A DNA stretch of 26,143 nt from Candidatus Nanopusillus sp. (GTDB taxonomy: Archaea; Nanobdellota; Nanobdellia; Nanobdellales; Nanobdellaceae), in contig JAPYVP010000006.1 in the NCBI GenBank assembly GCA_028276785.1, positions 1-26,143 of the forward strand, in the 5' to 3' direction. Position 1 is the stretch's first letter. Every line of letters begins with the position of its first letter. This document shows positions 14,827 through 23,170 of this stretch, piece by piece. The position numbers were made by a program, and so were the translations under genes. The notes under the pieces were generated by a model. The model saw only the letters and a program-made list of their open reading frames with translations. It searched no databases and was not told where the DNA came from.

Positions 14827-16494
14827 ATGAAATATTTCTCAGAATTAGCAGAAGTATTGGAAAAAATTGAAAAAATTAATGAAAAATCATTGAAAATTGA
14901 CATTTTATCCAGATTTATAAAGTCCTTAGATAAAAATGAATTAAAAATAACTATTTGGTTAATTTTAGGAAATACTGAAGAAGAGTGGGTTGAAAGAAGA
15001 TTAAATGTATCTGTAGGTACAATTATAAGAGTACTAAAAAATTTAGGAGTAAATATTAAAGAATTAAGTTTGTTATATAAAAGATCTGGGGATTTGGGAG
15101 AAGCTGTTAGAATTATTTATGAAAAGGGGAATATAAAATTAAACAAATGGTTTGCCAAAAAATATACAATAATTGATATATATAACGAATTAAAGAAAAT
15201 TGAAAATTTAGAAGGTGAGGGATCTAGAGAAAAAAGAATATTATATTTAGAAGGAATATATAAAAACTTATCACCTTTGGAGGCAAAATTACTGACAAGA
15301 ATTTTACAAGGTGATATGAGATATGGTGTATCAGAAGGAACAATTGAAGATTGTTTATCTTATATATATGGCATTGATGATGAAAAAATTAAAATTGCAC
15401 ACGCAATAATCGGGGATATTGGTATTTTGTCAGAATATTTATTTGATAATCCAAAAAATATTGAAAATGTTAATGTTAGATTATTTCATCCATTTAAACC
15501 AATGCTTGCAGAAAAGGCAAATAATTTTCAAGATGTATTTAATAACTTCTCTCCCGCAGCTTTTGAATTTAAGTTTGATGGAATAAGAGCACAAATACAT
15601 AAAAAAGGAAATGAAGTAAAAGTATTCACTAGAAGATTAAAAGATGTAACAAAATCCTTTCCAGATATTGCAGAATTAATATTAAATAATATAAAAAATA
15701 ATGAAGTTGTTGTTGAAGGGGAAATTGTTGCATGGGATTATAATAAAAATTTACCATTACCATTTCAAGAAATTTCAAAAAGAATAAAAAGAGAACATGA
15801 AATTTCAAAATACATAAAAGAAATACCTGTTAAATTATTTTTATTTGATATAATTTATTTAGATGGAAAATTATTAATAAATGAAGAATATATAAATAGG
15901 AGAAAAATATTAGAGGAAATTAGAGGAAATATTGATTTAACCCCAATGATAATTACAAATAAAGAAGATGAAGCAAAGAAATTTTTCAAAGAATCTATTG
16001 ACATGAAAAATGAAGGTCTTGTTGCAAAAAAATTGAATTCAAAATATATCCCAGGAAAAAGGGATAAATCGTGGTTAAAAGTAAAAGGACATTTAGAACC
16101 ATTAGATTTAGTAATAATTGGAGGAGAATGGGGACACGGAAGAAGAAAAAATTTTATTTCAGATTTATATTTGGCTGCATTAGATAAAGAGACAGGGGAA
16201 TACTTAATGGTAACAAAAACATTCAAAGGATTATCCGATAATGAATATATTCAACTAACAAAAGAATTATTAAAATATAAAATAAAAGAGGAGGGAAGAA
16301 TTGTTTGGTTTAAACCAAAGATCGTTGTAGAAGTTATATATGATGAAATACAAAAGAGTCCAAAATATAAATCTGGTTTTGCATTAAGGTTTGCAAGAGT
16401 TAATAGAATAAGATGGGATAAAAGTGAAAAAGATATAAATACAATACAAGAGATAAAAGAATTATATGAAAAACAAAGAAAAGAAGAAATATAA
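14827..16494 (+). CDS. lig: ATP-dependent DNA ligase
   Basis: 555 aa. Motif I is EFKFDGIRAQIH (KxDG adenylation Lys). Motif III is VVEGEIVAW, IIIa is LFLFDIIYLDG, IV is EGLVAKK, and V is SWLKVK. Confidence 0.93.
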   Translation: MKYFSELAEVLEKIEKINEKSLKIDILSRFIKSLDKNELKITIWLILGNTEEEWVERRLNVSVGTIIRVLKNLGVNIKELSLLYKRSGDLGEAVRIIYEKGNIKLNKWFAKKYTIIDIYNELKKIENLEGEGSREKRILYLEGIYKNLSPLEAKLLTRILQGDMRYGVSEGTIEDCLSYIYGIDDEKIKIAHAIIGDIGILSEYLFDNPKNIENVNVRLFHPFKPMLAEKANNFQDVFNNFSPAAFEFKFDGIRAQIHKKGNEVKVFTRRLKDVTKSFPDIAELILNNIKNNEVVVEGEIVAWDYNKNLPLPFQEISKRIKREHEISKYIKEIPVKLFLFDIIYLDGKLLINEEYINRRKILEEIRGNIDLTPMIITNKEDEAKKFFKESIDMKNEGLVAKKLNSKYIPGKRDKSWLKVKGHLEPLDLVIIGGEWGHGRRKNFISDLYLAALDKETGEYLMVTKTFKGLSDNEYIQLTKELLKYKIKEEGRIVWFKPKIVVEVIYDEIQKSPKYKSGFALRFARVNRIRWDKSEKDINTIQEIKELYEKQRKEEI

Positions 16495-16570
16495 AATAAG
16501 TATATCTTATTTATAATAATAAATAATGCTCAATATAGATTAAAATAGCATAAAAACATTAAATTTAGTA

Positions 16571-16643
16571 TGGGCCCGGGGGGACTCGAACCCCCGACCT
16601 CCCGGTTATCAGCCGGACGCTCTAGCCCCTGAGCCACGGGCCC
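16571..16643 (-). tRNA. tRNA-Ile (anticodon GAU)
   Basis: The reverse complement reads GGGCCCG TG GCTC AGGGGCTA GAGC G TCCGG CTGATAA CCGGG AGGTC GGGGG TTCGAGT CCCCC CGGGCCC A, a clean cloverleaf. No CCA is encoded. Confidence 0.92.
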
Positions 16644-16663
16644 TAAAATTTATGATTATTTAT

Positions 16664-16675
16664 CTTTTATAAAAG
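16664..16675. promoter_or_regulatory. Perfectly palindromic TATA element shared by tRNA-Ile and the divergent membrane-protein gene
   Basis: CTTTTATAAAAG equals its own reverse complement. It lies 20 nt from the tRNA 5' end (16643) and 19 nt from the ATG at 16695. An A7 tract flanks it on the tRNA-proximal reading (minus strand AAAAAAAC TTTTATAAAAG). Confidence 0.5.
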
Positions 16676-16694
16676 TTTTTTTAAATTAAATTTA

Positions 16695-17318
16695 ATGGAT
16701 TTCATAAGTCAACTATTATTAAAGATTTATCAATTAATAGGAGAACCTGTTTTGAGACATATATCAAACACTCCAGATTATGCAACATACTTTATAATTT
16801 TCATAATATTTATTACTATAGGATATATGATAGCAAAGATTACTACATTTATATTAAAAATTATATTCAATTATACAAAATTAAATCAAATCCAAAAGAA
16901 AAATCCCGAATTATTTTATGGAATAAATATATCTAATTTAATTTTAAGTTTAGTAAAATATTATATATTATTATATTTCTTAATATTAGGAATTGTTGTA
17001 AATCTCCCCCATTACTCTTATTTATTTTATATCTTAAATCTAATTTATACAGCAATAATAATATTATTTGCTGGTATGATTATTGGAGATATTATTGCAT
17101 ATCTATTTAATATAAAGAACAATGTTGCAAAAATCATAAAGGGAATTATACTATATCTATTCTTAATTATTGCATTATCATATTTGGGTTTAAATTCTAC
17201 AATATTAGTTCAAGCTTTATATTATCTATTACTTTCTGCAGCAATATCTTTTGGAGTAATGATTGGTATTATAATAGCATTAGAATATAAAGATGAAATA
17301 ATAAAAATAATAAAATGA
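16695..17318 (+). CDS. Polytopic membrane protein, unknown function
   Basis: 207 aa with about 5-6 hydrophobic helices. Its stop overlaps the mbf1 start as ATGA. Confidence 0.5.
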   Translation: MDFISQLLLKIYQLIGEPVLRHISNTPDYATYFIIFIIFITIGYMIAKITTFILKIIFNYTKLNQIQKKNPELFYGINISNLILSLVKYYILLYFLILGIVVNLPHYSYLFYILNLIYTAIIILFAGMIIGDIIAYLFNIKNNVAKIIKGIILYLFLIIALSYLGLNSTILVQALYYLLLSAAISFGVMIGIIIALEYKDEIIKIIK

Positions 17319-17758
17319 AAACATGTGAACTATGTGGAAAAAGTACAGATAAATTATATAAAGTATATATAGAAGGTACAATATTAAGTGTATGCAAAGA
17401 TTGTTTGAAATATGGAAAACTTGTTGATGAAAATGGAAACATAATAAAAGAAAATAAATTAAAAATAAAAGAAATTGTTGGAGAAGTTATAGATGAAAAT
17501 TATAATAAAATATTAATAAAATATAGAGAAGAACATAAATTAAAGCAAGAAGATATGGCAAAATTATTGGGAATAAAAGAAAGTTTATATAAATCAATAG
17601 AAAATAAAAAGATTATACCTGATATAAATTTAGCTAAAAAAATTGAAAAAACATTGGGAATAAAGATAACTAAAAAGGAAGTATTAACCGAAAAAATAAA
17701 TAATAAGGATAATAAAAATTATATAACAGTTGGAGATATTTTGGAATTTGAAGAATGA
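17315..17758 (+). CDS. mbf1: Archaeal multiprotein-bridging factor 1 (aMBF1), Zn-ribbon plus HTH
   Basis: 147 aa. The N-terminal zinc ribbon is CELCGK...CKDC. The C-terminal Cro/C1-type HTH is LKQEDMAKLLGIKESLYKSIENKKIIPDINLAKKIEKTLGI. Confidence 0.8.
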   Translation: MKTCELCGKSTDKLYKVYIEGTILSVCKDCLKYGKLVDENGNIIKENKLKIKEIVGEVIDENYNKILIKYREEHKLKQEDMAKLLGIKESLYKSIENKKIIPDINLAKKIEKTLGIKITKKEVLTEKINNKDNKNYITVGDILEFEE

Positions 17759-18336
17759 ACATATATCATATATTATATCTATTTTTTGAATCTTTTATAT
17801 TAAATTCTCTTCCTCTATCTATTGGATCTTCTACATTATTAGCAATGCCAATATTGTCTATTATCGGAATAAATATATATAATGTTGTTTTAGCATCTAT
17901 TATTTTAGGCACAGGATCGGCCACTGGGAAGCTTGTAACATATACTATCGGTATTTTTTTATCAAAACCTCTAAGAAATAATAAAAATTTATTATTCATA
18001 AAAAGAATATCAAATAGTAAGAAATTTTACATAATTTTTTTCTTTCTTAATTTGTTACCACTTGTTCCATTTGATGATCTATTATTTTTATCATTTGGAA
18101 TTGAAAGACTTAATATATTAAAATACTATTTAATAGCAGTTCCAGCAAGAATATTAAAATCTTTTTCAGAATTATATGCTGAAATATTTGTTTTAAATAG
18201 AGTGAGCAATTTTACACACATACCTTTATTTGAATTATCTGTGATATCTGCAATAATGTTTATTATATTTAGTATAATATTTTTTAAATTCGATTGGGAA
18301 AAATATTTTAGTAAATGGACATTAAAAGAGAAATAA
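17755..18336 (+). CDS. DedA/VTT-family-like membrane protein
   Basis: 193 aa. LGTGSATGKLVTYTIG and LLPLVPFDDLLFLSFG resemble the G..G....Y..G and P..P......G motifs of DedA/TVP38 proteins. The call is tentative. Confidence 0.45.
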   Translation: MNIYHILYLFFESFILNSLPLSIGSSTLLAMPILSIIGINIYNVVLASIILGTGSATGKLVTYTIGIFLSKPLRNNKNLLFIKRISNSKKFYIIFFFLNLLPLVPFDDLLFLSFGIERLNILKYYLIAVPARILKSFSELYAEIFVLNRVSNFTHIPLFELSVISAIMFIIFSIIFFKFDWEKYFSKWTLKEK

Positions 18337-18896
18337 GAATATTAGGAATTGATGATGGTTATTTTGATAGAAATAGAGATAAATATACAATAATCGTTGG
18401 AGTTGTAATGAGAGGGTCATTACAAATAGATGGGGTACTGTCAAATAAAATTGAAATAGATGGATTTGACGTAAATGATAGAATAATTGAAATGATAAAA
18501 AGAACAAAGCATTATGACCAATTAAGAATAATAGCAACAAATGGTATATCTTTCGGTGGTTTTAATTTGATAGATTTTGAATATTTGTATAATGAATTAA
18601 AAATACCAATAATATCTTTTGTAAGAAAAAAACCAAATATAAATAAATTTATAGAAGCAATTAAACATACAAAAGATTATGAAAAAAGATTAGAGATAGT
18701 AAAAAAATATCCAGAGCCAAAAAGTTATAAAACTGAATATGGGACTTTATATTTTCAATATTATGGGCTAGAATATAATGATGTAATAAATATAATTAAA
18801 TTAACATCTGTACATTCTAGAATTCCCGAACCAATTCGAGTTGCACACCTAATTGCAATGGGAATAACAAAAGGATATTCAAGAGGAAAACCATAA
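18315..18896 (+). CDS. DUF99/UPF0215 family protein
   Basis: 193 aa. N-terminal IRILGIDDGYF, then VGVVMRGSLQIDGV, then IEIDGFDVNDRIIEMI, matches the archaeal UPF0215 signature as I remember it. Confidence 0.6.
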   Translation: MDIKREIRILGIDDGYFDRNRDKYTIIVGVVMRGSLQIDGVLSNKIEIDGFDVNDRIIEMIKRTKHYDQLRIIATNGISFGGFNLIDFEYLYNELKIPIISFVRKKPNINKFIEAIKHTKDYEKRLEIVKKYPEPKSYKTEYGTLYFQYYGLEYNDVINIIKLTSVHSRIPEPIRVAHLIAMGITKGYSRGKP

Positions 18897-18920
18897 AAAT
18901 GTTTTACATAAAACATCAAT

Positions 18921-20417
18921 ATGGACATTAAATCATTATTGAAAAACTGGAGAGTTTTAATATTTATTATAATTCTTATAGCATCTTCGATATTTGTTAC
19001 TTATGCATTAGCTAGTAAAAGAGTAGAAGTTACTTCTAGCACCATTTTACCAAACGGTACATATATATATTCAATAAATGGTTGTCAGGTAAATTCAATA
19101 AATTCTTATTATACATGTATAAATAGTAATATTAATTCTTCATTTTTACAAATAAGTACTAGTAGTGGGGATATTATTTTAGAACCGCATCAATATCAAT
19201 TATTAATAAATGAAACAAACATCATACAAACTTCTTTAATATCTTATGGAATAGATATTGCGGGAGGTTATTTATTAATATTAAATTCTTCAAAACCATT
19301 AACGCCACACGAGTTATCCGTTGCAGCACAGATAATTGAAAGAAGATTAAACTCTATTGGTGTTAAAGCAATAAATATATATCCAACATCTGAAGGATAT
19401 ATAATTATTCAATTACCATATTCTGAAAGAGATTTGATTCCTTATATAACTAGTCAGGGGGAATTCTATGCAAAAATTGGTAACACAACAGTATTCACGG
19501 GTTCTGATATAAAACCATTATTTGGTGGACAATATTCTGGTTTACTAGGATGTTCTCCAGTGGGTAATCAATATGTATGTACATATTATTTTACATTATT
19601 ATTATCACAAGAAGCTGCTAATAATTTTGCAAAAGCTACACAAAATTTATCAGTAGTGTTACAAAGTGGGGGTGCATATTTAAGTGAACCAATAGTATTC
19701 TACTTAGATAATCAAAATGTATCAACACTACTAATTGCTGCAAATCTAAAAGGTTCGAATACTCAACAAGTTAGTATTCAAGTATCCGGAACGGGAAATA
19801 CTCTAGCACAGGCAAAGAATAATGCATACCAGCAAGCATATAATTTATACATAATATTAGAAAATGGGCAACTACCTTCGAAGTTTAATATAGTTCAGGA
19901 ATCTGTAATTCCACCAGTATTTGGATATTATGTATTAAAATCTTTTGAATTAGTAATATTATTAATATTCATTGGAATATTTGCAATACTGTATGCAGTA
20001 TATAGAAATATAAAGGTACCAGCTTTACTTACATTGGTATTAATATCAGAATTCTTAATTTCGTTTGCAATAGGCATTGCACTACATCAAACATTCGATA
20101 TTCCAGCATTTATTGGTATTATATTTGGAACTGCAACTGGTATAGATGATCAACTAGTAGCTATTGACGAAATACTGAGAGCAAAGAAAGAAGAAAATGT
20201 TGAAGTAAAAGAAACAGAAAGATTAGACAAAGCAATTAAAAAGGCCATGTTTGTTATATTATTAGCAGTTGTATTAGAAAGTTTATCAGCATTTCCAGCA
20301 TTTGTAGCAGGTCTATCATTATATAAAGGATTTGCAATTATGTTAATAATTACAGTTTGGGTTGGATATCTAATAACAAGGCCTGCATTTATTAATTTAG
20401 CAAAAAATCTACTCTAA
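18921..20417 (+). CDS. secD: SecD/SecF-family protein-export membrane protein (SecD-like)
   Basis: 498 aa. It has an N-terminal TM helix and a large S/T/Q/N-rich extracytoplasmic domain containing GIDIAGGY (compare SecD GLDLxGG). Five C-terminal TM helices follow, with GTATGIDDQLVAIDEILRAKKEE (compare SecD/F GxxVDANVLIFERIREE). Confidence 0.55.
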   Translation: MDIKSLLKNWRVLIFIIILIASSIFVTYALASKRVEVTSSTILPNGTYIYSINGCQVNSINSYYTCINSNINSSFLQISTSSGDIILEPHQYQLLINETNIIQTSLISYGIDIAGGYLLILNSSKPLTPHELSVAAQIIERRLNSIGVKAINIYPTSEGYIIIQLPYSERDLIPYITSQGEFYAKIGNTTVFTGSDIKPLFGGQYSGLLGCSPVGNQYVCTYYFTLLLSQEAANNFAKATQNLSVVLQSGGAYLSEPIVFYLDNQNVSTLLIAANLKGSNTQQVSIQVSGTGNTLAQAKNNAYQQAYNLYIILENGQLPSKFNIVQESVIPPVFGYYVLKSFELVILLIFIGIFAILYAVYRNIKVPALLTLVLISEFLISFAIGIALHQTFDIPAFIGIIFGTATGIDDQLVAIDEILRAKKEENVEVKETERLDKAIKKAMFVILLAVVLESLSAFPAFVAGLSLYKGFAIMLIITVWVGYLITRPAFINLAKNLL

Positions 20418-21245
20418 CTTTTTATAATAATCCCTCATTCTAATTGCATCTTCTTCAATATTTGGAGATTCTGAAATTACAATACCCTTGATTCTATATT
20501 CTTTTAATAATTTTAATATATCTTTCCAAGGCATATCGGATTCTTCTAAATTTAGATGTGTACCTTTTTTATCTAAAGCTATACCAGACATATGAATATG
20601 CATATTGTCTAAAGCTTCTCTTCCAAGTTCATTTTCTATTTTATCTAATATTTCTCTAAAGTAATCTACATCATTTCTATTACTTCTGTATCTTAAATGA
20701 GCAAAATCTATTGCAGGTAAAACATTTTCTATATCTTGAGATAATTTTATTATTTCATCTATATCACCAAATTTTTTTGATAATTCCATCGTTTCGGGTC
20801 TTATATAAATATCAATACTTTCATCTTTTAATTTATTCATCAATTTTTTTAAATTTTCTTTTATTACGTTATATGTTTCATCTTTTGAGTTACTTAAGTA
20901 CCAACCTGGATGAAAAACAACAGAATATCCTCCGGATAAATATAATAATCTTGCAGCATTATGTAACATATCTATTGACTTATTTATTTTTGATTCTTCA
21001 GTAGAATTTAAATTAATATAATACGGAGCATGACATGTTAATATAAATTCCTTATCTTTTAAATATTCATTTATATTATATGCAACATTTTCTCTTAATT
21101 TTATACCATATGTAAATTCTATTTCAAATCCATCTAAATTTAATTCTTCATATGTATACATAATCCCACTTAACGTATCCCTTTTTTTAGAAGATAACGG
21201 AACTCCTGCAGGACCAAAATGCAATTTTTTTGGATGTTTTACCAT
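20409..21245 (-). CDS. nfo: Endonuclease IV family AP endonuclease (TIM-barrel)
   Basis: Motifs are collinear with Nfo: HAPYYINLNS, VVFHPGWY, IRPETM, AIDFAHL, MHIHMSGI and HLNLEESD, ending VISESPN. I prefer the start at Met19 (21245). The ORF track extends to 21299. Confidence 0.7.
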   Translation of the reverse strand: MVKHPKKLHFGPAGVPLSSKKRDTLSGIMYTYEELNLDGFEIEFTYGIKLRENVAYNINEYLKDKEFILTCHAPYYINLNSTEESKINKSIDMLHNAARLLYLSGGYSVVFHPGWYLSNSKDETYNVIKENLKKLMNKLKDESIDIYIRPETMELSKKFGDIDEIIKLSQDIENVLPAIDFAHLRYRSNRNDVDYFREILDKIENELGREALDNMHIHMSGIALDKKGTHLNLEESDMPWKDILKLLKEYRIKGIVISESPNIEEDAIRMRDYYKKLE

Positions 21246-21333
21246 AATGTTATTATAATACTTTAGTTTAAAATATATTTTTTCATAAAAACTTATCAAA
21301 AATAATAATAGATAACATAATACCTCTAAAAAT

Positions 21334-22065
21334 TTATACCTTTCTAAATAATACTAAAAATTCTGTATGAACCAGTTCCAAGTTTTTTGGTCTAAGAACT
21401 TTTCCCTTTTCATATATCCACTTTCTATAAAAATTCTCATATACTCCAATAAACAAAAATTTATTATTTGAATCTAATAACTTTAATACAGAAGTTATGT
21501 TTGGTAAAAAAGATACCAAATATCCTCCAAATTTTAATGAATTATAAGCATGATCTAGAGTATTCCATGGATCTGGTATATCCAATATTATTAAATCTAT
21601 GTCTTTTTCATCAATTCCCTCATTAATATTCTTCAATTTTAGTTCAACATAATCTAATAATTTTAATTTTTCCAGATTTTTCTTTGCAATATTATAAAAA
21701 TCTTCCCTAATTTCATATGAATATACCTTTCCATTTGGTCTTACAGAATTTGCCAAATATGATGTTAATATTCCAGAACCAGTTCCCCCTTCCACAATTC
21801 TCATTCCAGGATAAATATTTACTAATGAATATAATAATCCTATATCTTTTTCATGAATTGCTTGAGGCCCTCTTTTTAAATATTTGACTAGATCATTAAA
21901 ATTATCTTCTAATATTAAAAATTCTTCATTTAAATGAGATTTAATTATACTACCAGGTTCTTTATTTAGATCTTCCTTTTTTATTATTCCAAAATGTGTA
22001 TTAAAATCTTTATCTTTATTTTCTACATAAAATTTTTTGCCAGTTTTTCTATGAATTATTATCAT
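21334..22065 (-). CDS. trmI: tRNA (adenine-N1)-methyltransferase TrmI (Gcd14 family)
   Basis: 243 aa. The SAM motif is IVEGGTGSGILTSYLA. It also carries GKVYSYEIREDF and ILDIPDPW, typical of TrmI. Confidence 0.8.
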   Translation of the reverse strand: MIIIHRKTGKKFYVENKDKDFNTHFGIIKKEDLNKEPGSIIKSHLNEEFLILEDNFNDLVKYLKRGPQAIHEKDIGLLYSLVNIYPGMRIVEGGTGSGILTSYLANSVRPNGKVYSYEIREDFYNIAKKNLEKLKLLDYVELKLKNINEGIDEKDIDLIILDIPDPWNTLDHAYNSLKFGGYLVSFLPNITSVLKLLDSNNKFLFIGVYENFYRKWIYEKGKVLRPKNLELVHTEFLVLFRKV

Positions 22066-22076
22066 GATATTTCATA

Positions 22077-22102
22077 ATATGAAAAATATATATGAAAAAT
22101 AT
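22077..22102. repeat. Perfect 2 x 13-nt tandem repeat in divergent promoter region
   Basis: ATATGAAAAATAT occurs at 22077-22089 and again at 22090-22102. The junction creates TATATAT about 26 nt upstream of the trmI ATG (22065). Confidence 0.7.
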
Positions 22103-22220
22103 GGTAACATTATTTATAAACTTTTTATCTACGATCATTCCATAATGGCAATTTATAAATTTATATACTCTTTGAAGAGATGATAAGATTTATATATGTT
22201 ATGATTATTATTATTTAGTA

Positions 22221-23063
22221 ATGAGTAAATATTCATATGATTTAGACAGTATTATAAAAAATAGTTTCAAAGAAACTATAAAATATCTTGGAGATAATGG
22301 TATAAATAATAGAGAGCCAATATTAAGAATAACAAACTCTCCTTATTTAAATGAACATACATTAATCTCTCTAGCAATTGTCACAAGCCTCTATTATAAC
22401 GAAATATCTAGCATGTTAGAACACCATACCAATTATATACCAATATCATCTTTAATATGGACTACTATATTATTCTGGACATTATGGAGATTTAACATAT
22501 CCTATGGAATATACGTACCAATAATGAAAACAATTTATATTATAAAAAGCCCATTAAAAAGAGACATAAATAAAATATTAGATAATCTTAATTCTAAAAA
22601 TATAAATGGGCCTTCTATTATTCGTATAAAATCGTCAGAACATGGTGTAGTAATATATCCAATATACACAGACGGGGGTAATATAGAAAATACTGTAACA
22701 AAATCCATAATTGATATTGTAGTAAATCACGAAATTGCACATTCCCTTGTCGGAATAAGTGAACTAAAAGCTTCTGCTTTAGAATATATACTATACTTTT
22801 ATAAAAATAAATTATATACATACCCCAAAATTTATGAAATTATAGAAGAAAATATCAAAAGATGTAAAAAATATGTTAAAGAAACTAGAAAATTCGATCC
22901 TTACGATTTAGGAAAATGTTACGCAAATATTATTATTAATGAAAATAAGCAATCGCCAAACATAAATATAAAAAATATAATAAGAGAAATTAAACATTTA
23001 TCTAAAAAAGATATTATAAATACAATAAAAAATTATAATATTAATCAAAACTTAAAAATTTAA
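22221..23063 (+). CDS. Hypothetical protein with HExxH motif (possible zinc metallopeptidase), N-terminal hydrophobic segments
   Basis: 280 aa. VVNHEIAHSL is followed by Glu residues at +7 and +14 after the second His. Hydrophobic stretches are LISLAIVTSLYY and LIWTTILFWTLW. I recognise no other family. Confidence 0.45.
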   Translation: MSKYSYDLDSIIKNSFKETIKYLGDNGINNREPILRITNSPYLNEHTLISLAIVTSLYYNEISSMLEHHTNYIPISSLIWTTILFWTLWRFNISYGIYVPIMKTIYIIKSPLKRDINKILDNLNSKNINGPSIIRIKSSEHGVVIYPIYTDGGNIENTVTKSIIDIVVNHEIAHSLVGISELKASALEYILYFYKNKLYTYPKIYEIIEENIKRCKKYVKETRKFDPYDLGKCYANIIINENKQSPNINIKNIIREIKHLSKKDIINTIKNYNINQNLKI

Positions 23064-23140
23064 AAATATTTTTTAAATTAGTCTATATATGAACTTTGAT
23101 CGGAAGATCTAATGATGAAGATTTTTCTATTGATAAATTC

Positions 23141-23147
23141 TATAAAT
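23141..23147 (+). promoter_or_regulatory. TATA box of lysS
   Basis: TATAAAT is centred 27 nt upstream of the ATG at 23171. Confidence 0.45.
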
Positions 23148-23170
23148 CAAATTTTATAATCAATTATGCT

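Noticed and set aside
18315-18326. Identical 12-nt gene starts ATGGACATTAAA (MDIK) for DUF99 (18315) and secD (18921)
   Set aside because: The identity ends immediately on both sides and the upstream sequences differ. It is most likely coincidence in low-complexity AT-rich DNA.
23111-23118. C-box-like AATGATGA upstream of lysS, suggesting a C/D-box sRNA
   Set aside because: No D box (CUGA), no C'/D' pair and no terminal stem within 80 nt on that strand.
23096-23170. TTG-initiated 25-aa N-terminal extension of LysRS given by the ORF track
   Set aside because: Class II LysRS homology begins after the ATG at 23171, and a TATA box sits 27 nt upstream of that ATG. The extension is most likely untranslated promoter sequence.
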